Below, piece after piece: positions 25,964 to 37,156 of a stretch of DNA of 64,000 nucleotides (position 1 is its first letter; each line of letters opens with the position of its first letter). The notes below the pieces were generated by a model. It had not been told where the DNA came from. It ran no database searches and worked only from the letters and a program-made list of their open reading frames with translations. Position numbers and translations under genes: made by a program. Source of the DNA: Stegostoma tigrinum (Eukaryota); NCBI RefSeq assembly GCF_030684315.1, contig NC_081358.1, forward strand, positions 93,150,458-93,214,457. Direction: 5' to 3'.

Positions 25964-27025
25964 CTGTAAGATAAAATTTACAATAAAATACATCATGACA
26001 CAGCGCAATGTCAAATTACTATGTCTTAATAGCTGCTATTTGTTTTCTGGCTGTAACAATTAGTAATAAAACAAAGGCATCCGTATAAATGAACTGTATA
26101 CTTTTGTACACAGCAATGCTATTGGTCCCAGAATTCTAACAAAAATCTGTGCATATGTGAAGTTCTAAAGAAAATGGTCTGCATTAGCAGACAGGGAGCA
26201 ATCTATGTGACCTAGTGGATGAAGAAATAAGTAACATCAAAGTGAATGATGAGTGTTTTTTATTTCAATTTTCCCCACAAGTCTCAAAAAAACTTATGAT
26301 GAGTACCATCAGGCTTTAATAAAGGCTAATAGAATCCTTGAATACATTGCATGTATATTCTAATGTTGAACAAAATCACTATAACATCCTTCCACAAGAA
26401 TGTGGTTAGGCTTCATTTAGAACATCGTGTCTGGCTCTAGCCCTGTTATATGATGGGAGATTTACAGGCACTTAAAAAAAGGTCAGAGGAAGGCCATGAG
26501 AATAACATCTACTTTGAAAACTCTTAGCTATCAGGATAGAATTAAAGAGCAGAGATTTTTCTCATCCTAAAGTCTGGACTTGGGAGATATTTGAAAAGGA
26601 GTATTAATAATAATGAAAGAGTTAGTCAAATAAGCACAGAACTAGCTTAGATCGCAAGAGTTCTTGTTTCTCCAGGATCATCAACTCATTTTCTCTTTGT
26701 CAATGCTCTCCAGCTCTTTTCCTGTGTTTTTGCTCCTTTTAAGAGTTGCTCACCATTTGAAATCATAATTCTTAATAACACCATGTTTGTATTGGAAATA
26801 CTCAGTAGACTGACTTTCCTTCTCTTTCCTGCCATTTCAGACATCTGTCATCCACAAGGATTCAATTCTTGAGTGGAAGTTAAATAAAAGAAAATTAACC
26901 ATGAAGCTTGGGCAAATAAAGATAACAGGCATAGGTGATTAAGAGTCAGCTAGGAGAATCTGCTGCATCAATACCCGTAAAGCACTGTAATTATCTAGAT
27001 TTACTTTCATAGAATTATTACATAC

Positions 27026-27178
27026 CTAGAAGCACCAGCTTGGTTAGGGTCTCTGACTGGTCAACATAGTCACGCAAGGTAAATGAGATAGGAGGGAACG
27101 AAGGACTTGTCTCAGTTTGCAAAGCTGCTTCTTCAGATATTTCATCAAATGGAGAATGAGGTGGAGCAACATCTAATT
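27026..27178 (-). CDS. MTERF3: MTERF3 coding exon 2
   Basis: [20 protein letters not shown]...[19 protein letters not shown]; 153 nt. Confidence 0.95.
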
Positions 27179-29498
27179 CTGAGATTTAAATAAAAATATT
27201 AAATTAGCTGATTTACAATTCTAGCACAGAACAGATTAAACAGAGCACACTTAACTCTTCTAACCACTCGTGTTATATTTCATAGGATGTACGGCACAGA
27301 AACGGGTCAGTTGGGTTAGTGGGTCAGTGCCAGTAGTTCTGAAGAAAAGTCATACCAGACTCAAAACGTTAATTCTCTTTCTCTCTCCACACATGCTACC
27401 AGACCTGCTGAGTTTCTCCAGTATTGCCTGTGTTTGTTTCATGCCACTGGTTCTGCTCAACCTGAACCTTCTCACCTTTTCTCACCTGACCTATTCAACC
27501 CTTCACTCCCTTCTCCCTCATCTGCTTGTTTACCTGCACCTTAAATTCTTCACTATAGCCTTTAATTAATTCCTGTGATAGTGAGTTTCACATTTTTTAA
27601 TACATTTTAGGTAAATTAATTACTTTTGAGTTCCCTACTGGATTTTGCAGTGAAAGCCTACTTTGACAGCCTCTAGTTATGCTCTTCCCCACATGAAGCA
27701 ACATTCTTTAAGCATTCTATCAAAATCTTTAGCAATTTTAAAAGGTCTCTTTTTAACCTTTTGACCAAGAATAACAGACACCATTTGTTAATCCTTTACT
27801 GATATGCATATCCACACATTTATGGTATCATCCTTATAAATCTTCTCTGTATTCTAAACAATACAACTCTAGTTTTCTCTGATAAGACACTTCCAAGTAC
27901 CGACCCAATATCTCATCTGTCTCACTGTCATACATTGTTCATAATGCTCCTATCGGGTACCTTTTCGTAACATTCCAGATGTTACACAAGTTGTTGCTGT
28001 ATAGCATTTTAATAATAATACTTCACAGACAACCAGAACTATATTCAGTACCGAGTACAGTCTAAGCAAGGTTTGTTACAGGTTTAGCATAGTGCGAAGT
28101 TTTCGATTCTATCCCTCTTGAAACAAAGACCAGTGTTTGGTGTGCTTCATCTTTAATGGCCTAGCTAGCTTTTGGCACAACTTTTAGCAATTGGTTTATT
28201 TATTCTCCCTGGAGCTCTTTGTACATCCACCTCACAGACTTTACTTCCAAGCAATAGTGGCCTCCCTATATTTCCTAGAAAATATAGTCTCTCTTAATTA
28301 TCTGTGTTGCAATTCATTTGCCAATTACTTTACCGCTCTGCAAGTTTATTAATACCCTTCCGTAATTTGTTGGCTGCCTTCCTCAGAACTGACTTTCCGT
28401 TCTCCCTTGCTCCTGCCCGAAGTAGTGTCATCTACAAATTGATAATTTGTTTTTGATTCTAGAGCTACTTATTTCCAATTTTCATTTCAGATTTCCAGCA
28501 TCCACAAAATCTTGCTTTTGTGATCTGCTAACCTTCTTCTTTCCTAACAATCATTAGGCACTTTATTTGTAGTCAATGTTGCAGAACTTCTCAGTTTCAT
28601 TGTGATGCTTAACACCACTCCAAAGTAAGACTTGTAAGTACGTCACCAGGAAACTCCATTATGAGATATGTATATCTCCACTGAATGTTACTAAGAAATC
28701 AATGTAATTTCTTTCAGATGAAAGAAATACAATGTAGTGCATCACTCATTCATACAATTTAGGGACATTACAAATACATGAATCGTGTGTGATACTTGCA
28801 ATGTTGCCACCTTATGTGTGTGCACTGCAAAGGTTCAGTCTGTAGTTTGAACTCATTCACATAACTACATGGAAGAATTAGTAATAAATATCTAAATTCC
28901 AGGTGAAAACAGGCTTAGATTGTGTTGCATTGACCTCAGTGAAGAAGCGTCTCGACTCGAAACGTCAACTTTCCTGCTTCTCTGATGCTGCCCGGCCTGC
29001 TGTGTTTCTCCAGCTCCACACTGTTATCTCTTTCAATTTTGGATAACCATTACAAAGCCAGTTATAAAGGCACGTTTCCCAATAGAATATTCCAAGGAGA
29101 CTCAGACTATCAAAAAAGATTTTACACCGAACCACTCAAGGGGACAGTAAGACAGACTTGATCAAAAGAAGTCAGACAAAGGTACAGAGGTTTAGGGAGG
29201 GGTTCCAGAGTTTAGGACCCAGCCACCTGAATGTTAATTGAAGATTAACTCATGGCAATTTGATATTGAAGGGCACCTTAAAAGCACCAACACCATCATT
29301 CTGTATGTGTTCATATGATGATGCAGGAAAATTCTTGCAATAGCATTTCATTGATCTAATAACTCCCTGGTTCATTGGCTGAATTAAAAATGTGCAACTG
29401 GTGAAATAGATATATGAAGAAGACATTCATCTTCAATACATTGAATGTATATCAATTTACACTTTAACTGCATTCAACTAAAAAATAACATTGCTTAC

Positions 29499-29826
29499 CT
29501 ACAGTTTGTATATCTTTCACCAGACTAGGCACTTCTGATTTGCCATGGTTATCATCTGTGTTTTGCATAATACTGCTTTCTGTAAACTGTCCAGTGCCAT
29601 CTTCTTTACTTGGTGGCAAGTTTGATGCTGAGGAACTCGATTTAGAACTTTTCAACATCCAGGGTTTTTGCGTCAAGAGGCATTGACGTGCATCTAAACC
29701 AAAGCGAGTCTGAATGCCGTAGGAAGCTGTAGGCAACACCTTTATTTCTTGCCTTGAAGACCAAACTAGACCAGTAATTCTCAATGAAGTCCATCGGTAA
29801 CAAATGCGATGACACAGTGAGGACAT
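29499..29826 (-). CDS. MTERF3: MTERF3 first coding exon (mitochondrial presequence region); the exon starts at 29848
   Basis: Acceptor tttacag|G, ATG at 29826, donor TAG|gtaagc. The 328 nt join the other exons in frame to give 1248 nt, or 415 aa plus stop. Confidence 0.9.
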
Positions 29827-31180
29827 CTTTGTTCAATTTAACGTGATCCTGTAAACAACAAATGTAATGAGTAAATAGTAAGCCATATTCATAGAACATA
29901 GAACAGTACAGCACAGAACAGGCCCTTCAGCCCACAATGTTGTGCCGACCATTGATCCTACATATTGAGAAAGAAAATTTTCTGGAACACATTTAACAAA
30001 TTCTTCATCATCCAAACCTTTAACACTGTGTAACCTCCACCAACCTCACAACCCAACAAGACCTCAGCCTTCCCTCAGTTCCGAACCCCTGCACATCCCC
30101 AGCTTTCATCACCCATTCCTTTAGCTGAAGGCCCTAAGCGCTGGAACCCAGCAACTCCCCTCCAACCTCTCCCCACGCCACCCGCCCCCAGACGCTCCCC
30201 AAAACCTAATTCCGTGATCCCTGCCACATGTCTTCATATCTCCCTCAGCGGTCTGGCGCCTCCCCGCGTCCAAGATGCCGTGCAAACATCCGGGATGAGC
30301 GGCTTAACTGATGAGAAAAGGCCAGACAGCTGGTGTGCATTAGAACTATGGTAAAGATTATGTTAAAATTAATTTTAAGTGTTTCAAAGCTTTAACCCTT
30401 TGAATACTTACAGATTTGAAATAGAAAAGCAAAATATGAAATGTAGACCATGGGCTGAATTTTCATTCTGGGTTGCAACTCTGGCACAGGTATATTTCCG
30501 GGTCCTGACCCCATCACATCAGTGCCTGATGTCCAACACAATTTGTTAACCTGAAGGCCAGTGTGTCCATCACCAACCAATTAAAAATGATGGCTAGAGA
30601 GCCAACAGTGAGGCTACTGAGCACTGAAAGATTGGTTGCTCACCTCTGACAAAGTTCCACTGTAAATGTAGAACAGGGTGCTGTCGATGTCAGGAGGACA
30701 GAGATGGAAGTGTCCTCTGAAGACCGATTCATAAATTTTAAAAATCAGTGGGACCCCAGCTGCCAGGCCAGCAATGTAAATGGGCAGTCTTTAGAATAGC
30801 TAGAAGCCACTGTGGCTATTGGTAGTTGTGACGGGCAGGGGCACTATGAAAGGTCTCATACTAAATGGAGTATAGCCTCTAGGTTTAAGACAGAAGTCAT
30901 GGTGTAAATCACACTGGCACTGGGCACAATCATCAAATCCTTACTGCATATTGGACTGGTGCCAGAGAATTGGAGACTTAGAAATGTTACACCCCTAATT
31001 TAGAATAAAGGAAGAGAACCCAATAACTGCTGGCCATACAACATGGCATTTGCAGCAGAGACAGAGTGGTTAGCAAAGCATGTGAGATCTTCATCTTCAC
31101 AAACAGAAAAAAAGTATTAAGTACAAAAAGTACAGAAATGAATTTCTGCTGAACCCTTATAAAGCTCTGATTAGGCCGCA

Positions 31181-33554
31181 CTGCAACCTCTCAGTCTGGA
31201 ATATTTGGGACCAAGCCATTTCTGGATTACAGAGAGAGGTTAAAATTCTTAACCACAAGTATTAGAACCAGAAAACATCATGCATATAAATATTTACTGG
31301 AGACACAAAATACTGATAACATTTTGTGAAGTAATAATAAAATTTATTTTACTTATTCAAATATACATATTTATGCTTATAATTTCAAAGTACTGTATCA
31401 AAATGCTGTTGATGACTTAAAGGGAACAAGTTATTCCATACATTGCTTTGTTGCACCAATATTTAGAAGAGGCATAGGAGAAAATCGATGATAATTGATA
31501 GCAAGAGCAGTCAACTCTGGGTCCTTTGTTTCATTGACTCTGCTGGTTGATGGGATCGAGCTCAGCGATGTCGATGGTGTGTGCACAAACGACTTTCCAA
31601 CTTCATCAAACATTTGCTGCAGCTTCATTTGTTTCATGTGTTTTGGTTGCTCACTTATCAGTTTCTCTTGGATCCTGTGTACATGCATTATATCTTGCTG
31701 GCTTACAAAGCTTTGTTGCTCAAGAAAGCGAATGAAACGGGAAGCTAGACTGATCCCCTCTTCCAAGGTAATTTTCTCCCCAGTAGCATTATCTTCTTCA
31801 TTGCTGTTATCACTATCCTCAGACTTGCGGTGTAAAACTACCTGAATTGTCTCTGAACTTGTTACTTGTTGTACAACTGAAGTATTATCTTCACAATTTA
31901 ACCATGTCAAAATGTCTTCCTCATTTAAGTCACTTCCCATTTGCTTGGTACAACACAAGAGATCAGTCACCATTGCCTTGGCTTCACTTAAATTAAAACC
32001 CTCCGAGCTTTCCCCTGTGTCCTCATCGTTAAACACAATTACAGGACACAACTTACGCCATGCATTTTGTAAGGTTCTCCTTGTGACACTGTCCCATGCA
32101 TTTGCCAAACACCACATACCATCTTTGAGACTCAAGGCATTCTCAAAAGCATCAACACCACCAGTATTGTAGCGGCTCACAAGACGACGCAAAAAACTGT
32201 TTCTGTAGTGACTTTTCATTGACCTAATAACTCCTTGGTTCATTAGCTGAATTGAAGATGAGCAACTAGCAGGTAGAGAGGTAGGGAAGACATTATCAGC
32301 ATCTAATTGTTCTCTAGGGGGGTGAGCTGTGCAGTTGTTTAAAAGAAGGAGAATTTTGCAATCTGAAGCCAAGCCAACCTCTCTACAGTGTGCACGAGCC
32401 TCTGGAACAAAATGATTATGGAACCAATCACTCAGTATTTCCTGGGTGACCCTTGAACATTTATTGGCTTCATAAAGCACCGGCATGATTTTCATTCCTT
32501 TGAAAACACGAGGCTTAGGACATTTACCAACAACCAAAAGTTTACACTTATGTGTTCCAGCAACATTAGCACATGCGAGCACAGTAATTCTTTCTGCTGA
32601 TTCTTTGTAATCATGTACCATCATCTCCTCTGCACCAGCAAGCCTGTGTCGTGGCAGACATCTCCAGAAAACATCTGTCTCATCCACATTATATATTTGC
32701 TCAGGGCTAAGATCCTCATCCTTCATTAACATTGCAAAGTCAGTATGTAACATTCAACAGCCCGTTTATCTGCAGAAGTTTGTTCACCAGTAGCCTTGAG
32801 GTGAATTCCGTGCCTATGTTTAAACTTCTGCAACCAACCTTGAGAGTACTCACACACAGAATTAATTTTCATATCAGTAAGAAATTGTTTGGCCTTTTCC
32901 ATCAGCATTGCTCCCGAAATAGGGAGCCCCTCACTACGACGTTGCCTGAACCACTTATACAGGACATTATCATGGTCAGCAGATTTAGCACGATGCAGCA
33001 TTCTGCGTTCATTAATTCCTTTAACTGTGTCACTTTCAGCACAAAATTTAAATAACTTTTCACGCTGCTTCTTGATGTCATAAATTGTTGAGACCCCCAC
33101 ACCATATGCCTCACACAATGACTTTACTGAAGAACCTTTATCTAGTTTATTTATGATTTCAATCTTTTCTGAGATTGTAAGTGTAACATGCTTACGTTTT
33201 GCTGCACTTTTCTTAGATGCCATGGTGAAAGTTCAAAAGACAAACTATATCCTAAGAATAATTAGGTCTGCTCAAAATCACCCCTGCAGAGAGTTTGGGC
33301 GGGAAATGGCAGGCAACAGAGGGGATGAGGTGATCCTGTAGGATGGAAGAGTACAACAAAGTTAAAAAGTCACTCTGAGTACAAGACAAGGTTACAAAGT
33401 CACTCAACCCTTGAAATCCTGCGCTCTCCTCAACGAGGTGAACTCATGCCTTCCCGATTTGCTGCAGCACCTGGGTCTAGATCTGCTCAAAAGATATCCA
33501 GAGAACTGTTTTTATCTTTCTAAACAATAAATTTCCAGGCCGGAGAAGTTGCAG
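31181..33554 (-). mobile_element. Full-length Tigger/pogo-family DNA transposon (~2.37 kb) with decayed TIRs, inserted into a CR1 fragment
   Basis: TIRs at 31181-31201 and 33533-33554 (18/22 aligned positions identical). The flanks rejoin as CR1 'aaagctctgattaggccgca...gagtattg' (KALIRP..EYC). Confidence 0.85.
31431..33223 (-). CDS. JRKL/TIGD-like pogo transposase (HTH_psq + CENP-B HTH + DDE_1), split by one 1-nt frameshift at ~32745; intact gene or recent pseudogene
   Basis: ORF 32726..33223 (KRKHVTLTISEK, LYKWFRQRRSEG, SQGWLQKFKHRHG) and ORF 31431..32753 (IYNVDET, RITVLACAN, LLLNNC, QLMNQGVI) overlap. No internal stop codons. Confidence 0.88.
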
Positions 33555-34000
33555 AGTATTGTTCCCGGTTCTTGTGATCACACGTGAGGAAACATCTAGA
33601 TGTGCAGAAGAAACTTACCAGAAGTGACAGCATAGATGAGGGACATTAGCTGCAAGGTTAGTTTGGAAAAATTGGTGTTGTTCTCCTGGAACAAAGGAGA
33701 TTCAGTAAGAGCTTTATTAGAATATGGCATAAAATAGAGAAGTAAAAACTGTCCAGAATTAGATGATAGTACAAGGGCTAAGGGAACACAGCTGTAAAGT
33801 TTAGGATAAGGGAACAGTATAAGCAACAAGTATAAATGACCTGGAAGATGCTAACAGGTTGCTGGAAGTAGAAACCATCATTTATAGAGAAGATTGAACG
33901 GACGCTACAGGGATTGAGTAAGGAAATGGAATCGAATGGGTCGTTCCGAAGACAGCTAGCATATACTCGAATGACCAAATGATTACGTACTGTTCAGGTT
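33555..34000 (+). mobile_element. CR1 fragment, right half (left half at ~30930-31180)
   Basis: gagtattg...gtgcagaagaaacttaccag continues the CR1 RT C-terminal sequence interrupted by the Tigger element. Confidence 0.7.
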
Positions 34001-34089
34001 CGACAGGCAATCTAAATTAATTTAAAGAATTTAAAAGAGCAGGAACAAGTCAGGAAAGCTGTTAAAAAGGCGTTGGGGTTTGCTAGGCC

Positions 34090-34450
34090 TTTGTCAGGCG
34101 CCAATTAATCTGCAACTGGTGGTTACGTCCATCTCTGAGTAGCACGCCACTTTCGGAAAGAGATATAAGTCTGAGGGAGTTTTCAGAGCGGTCGCTGGGA
34201 TAAAAGATTTCGGTTGGGCTACCTGTAGAGAGTAAGGTGAAGCCGCCCGGAGAGCGCACACAACAGCCTCACAAGTACTCACCGTAATCATTCCGACCGG
34301 GAAACAAAGTGTAGAGACTGAATGAGCACTGCTCCAAGGAGGAAGAGAAACAGTAGCGCACTGGCTGCACGGCACAGGGTTCAGTGCTCGTACAGGCTAC
34401 CGCTTCCTCAGCTCCAAATCGGTGAAGGCGTGAACCGACTAAATCGGAGG
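34090..34450. promoter_or_regulatory. CpG-rich bidirectional promoter / first-exon region of MTERF3 (-) and PTDSS1 (+); candidate MTERF3 non-coding exon 1 ends at 34283
   Basis: Local CpG enrichment and a consensus minus-strand donor ACG|GTGAGT at 34283/34282. The head-to-head arrangement of these genes is known in vertebrates. Confidence 0.65.
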
Positions 34451-35505
34451 AGGAGACGTAGGCCATTCGGCCCGCTGAGACTGCTTCGCTACTTAATCGT
34501 GGTTGATCTATTAATCGTCAACTTCACTTTCTTCGGTCCCCCTATAATCATGGATTCCCTCACTGATATAAAAATATCTTTGTCAGCCTTGGATGTAATT
34601 AATAACTTTATTCCAGAGGGCTTTTGAAGCAATGAATTCCACACATTAAGTACCATGTTAGAGAAAAAAAGTCCTTCACATCGCAGTTTTAAACTCTCTG
34701 GTCCTGGTTTCTTTCACGGGGAAACAACTTGTCCACAATCTATCCTCTTGAATCCTTTAATAATCTTGTATATTTCAATAAGCTTACCTTTCATTCTTAT
34801 AAATTCCAACAAGTACAGGCCTATTTAACCTTTCTCAAAGACAGTCTTTCATACTTGGCATCAGCCTAGTGAACCTTTGCTAGATTGCTTCCAATGCCAG
34901 TGTATCATTTTTTTAGATGAGAGCCCCGAAACCGTTCACAGTATTCCAGCTGTGGTCCGACTAGCGCCTTCTGTAGTTTTAGCAAAATCTCCCTTTTGTT
35001 TTTACTCCTTTCTCTTTAAAATAAATATCAACATTCCATTTGCTCTCTCCCTAGTTAGTGATGGTTTTTTAAGCCATGCTGTTTCTGGGTCCCTCTACAC
35101 AGACTTGAGGACTATCTCTTTTTCTTGTCAGACTTAGTAGGTCTCTGTCTCTCTCTACTTTGTGTCCTACTGGGCCGTGTAAGGAGGTCTCTTTCTCACC
35201 TGCCACAGCTTAGATTCAGGGCGCTGTTTCAACCCATTGCTCTCAACGCAGACTAGCGAGCTATCTGTTTCCCTCTCCTGATAGAGCAGGCTGGAAGGTG
35301 TCTCTCTGTGCATCCTGCTAGGGTGGGTTAGGAATTTTCTCTGTCTCTTTATTCTGATGATCTGGATTAGATGGTGTCTCCGTTTGTGTCTGAACTGAGA
35401 CACATCTCTCTGTCTTGATTAAAAGTGTTTCTCTGTATGCCCCATTGGCCTGAGTAAGAGGTAGCTCTCTGCCTCTGTCTAGAAAAACAAGTGTATCTCT
35501 TTATG

Positions 35506-35666
35506 AGATAGTAGCAACTGCAGATGTTGAAGAATCTGAGATAACAAAGTGTAGAGCTGGATGAACACAGCAGGCCGAGGAGCAGGAAGGCTGACGTTTC
35601 GGGCCTAGACCCTTCTTCAGAAAAGAAGGCCTGCTGTGTTCATCCAACTGTACACCTTGTTATCTC
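35506..35666. mobile_element. Short Penelope-like inverted-repeat insertion with a 14-bp TSD and a minus-strand hammerhead core
   Basis: TSD tgt(a/g)tctctttatg at 35492-35505 and 35667-35680. Core CTGAAGA-A-GGGTC-TA-GGCCC-GAAAC-GTC at 35620-35593(-). Confidence 0.8.
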
Positions 35667-36383
35667 TGTGTCTCTTTATGCCCTGAATATCCTCGAATGG
35701 GATGTGTCTCCTTCTGTCTAAGTTGCGAAGTATGTGTCTTTCTCTTTCCCTCGGTCTGTCTGTGCGTCTCGTTGGGAGGTACCTCTTATCTGTCTCTGAG
35801 TATCTGGGTTACAACGTTTGTGTGTGTGCATGTGTTCGGAGGTGTGTATCTATTTGGGTTAGAAGGTATCTCTCTCTGTCTGGGTTCGGAGGTCTGTCTC
35901 TCTGTTGAAACAGCGCCCTGAGTATCTAGGTTACAACGTTTGTGTGTGTCTGTCTGGGTTAGGGAGTCAGTCTGTGTCTGTGTGTGTGTTTGTCTGGGAT
36001 TATGAAGTATCTCTATCTCTTTATTTGGGTTAGGAAGTGTCTGCAAATTTTCTGACGCTGCTCTTGGATACCCACGTGCACCCAAGGACGTTCTAAAATG
36101 TATCATTTACCAGAATGGAATAGTCCATCACAAAAAAAAGAGGAGGAACTTGTTGAAATCTCTTTCACATGTTCAATCCACAACTCCTCTATTCAAAATA
36201 TTTCAGCTTAGTTTTATATAAAGATTTGATGTATGTCTGATAAATGTCCCTTCCGTGTTGCCATGAGGGGATTGTTTGTATTTGCCGATGAACTGATTTC
36301 TCCCCCACCCCTCTTCCCTCCGCAGACTGGTTGGGTGGAGTTTCTCGGCTCCTGCTGGCAGTGCTAAGCGGAACGGTGCAGCT

Positions 36384-36562
36384 ATGGCGTCTGCTAAAGG
36401 CAGCAGGACAATCAGCAAGGATGATGTGAATTATAAACTGCATTTCCGTATGATCAATGAGCAGCAAGTGGAGGATATCACCATTGACTTCTTCTACAAG
36501 CCTCACACTATCACCCTGCTCACTTTTACCATCATTAGTGTCATGTATTTCGCTTTTACTAG
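36384..36562 (+). CDS. PTDSS1: PTDSS1 (phosphatidylserine synthase 1) coding exon 1
   Basis: [46 protein letters not shown]...FAFTR; 179 nt; donor gtactg. Confidence 0.97.
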
Positions 36563-36895
36563 GTACTGGCTGCATCCGGCTCTTAACCTGCTATTTACTA
36601 GCTGACTCCTTCCGTACCAATGCATGTATGTCTGGCTAGTTCTGCTGTTAGGCCTGCTTTATAAAGTAGCATTTTCCAAACTTATAGTTTGCTGGCTTTA
36701 AATCTATGTCGCATGTAGATTTTTTCCCTCCGTAGGGTACATATACCGCTTTCAACTTTGTCTCACAATAACACATTCGTGCGGATAGATCATGAAATGA
36801 ATCTGTTTCGTGGTGTGTGAAATGTTGAATATGATGACTGATGCATTGCTGAAATAATTTGATATGACAGGTCCTGCAATTATTTTTACATCTAG

Positions 36896-36987
36896 AGATG
36901 ATTCGAGTCCAGAAGACAATATATGGAAGGGCGTTCTTTCCGTGGTGTTCTTTTTTCTAATTGTAAGTGTTTTAGCATTTCCTAATG
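36896..36987 (+). CDS. PTDSS1: PTDSS1 coding exon 2
   Basis: [30 protein letters not shown]; 92 nt; AG/GT. Confidence 0.96.
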
Positions 36988-37111
36988 GTAAGTTGTTTGT
37001 TACAAGTGAGAATTGTGAATAGTCACATTTCTTGCAAATTATTTTACATTTTCTGAAATAATTTGTTTATTCATGGTCCGTTGTTAAAGGATGTTCCCTT
37101 TAATTTTTCAG

Positions 37112-37156
37112 GTCCTTTTACCAGACCGCATCCAGCAATATGGAGGATGGTTTTTG
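37112..37156 (+). CDS. PTDSS1: PTDSS1 coding exon 3
   Basis: GPFTRPHPAIWRMVF; 45 nt. Confidence 0.96.

Noticed and set aside
31495-33341. Plus-strand ORFs over the transposase
   Set aside because: Antisense shadows of the minus-strand coding sequence.
35050-36060. ORFs and quasi-periodic TC/TG-rich tract
   Set aside because: Degenerate low-complexity repeat with no constant repeat-spacer structure, so not CRISPR-like or coding.
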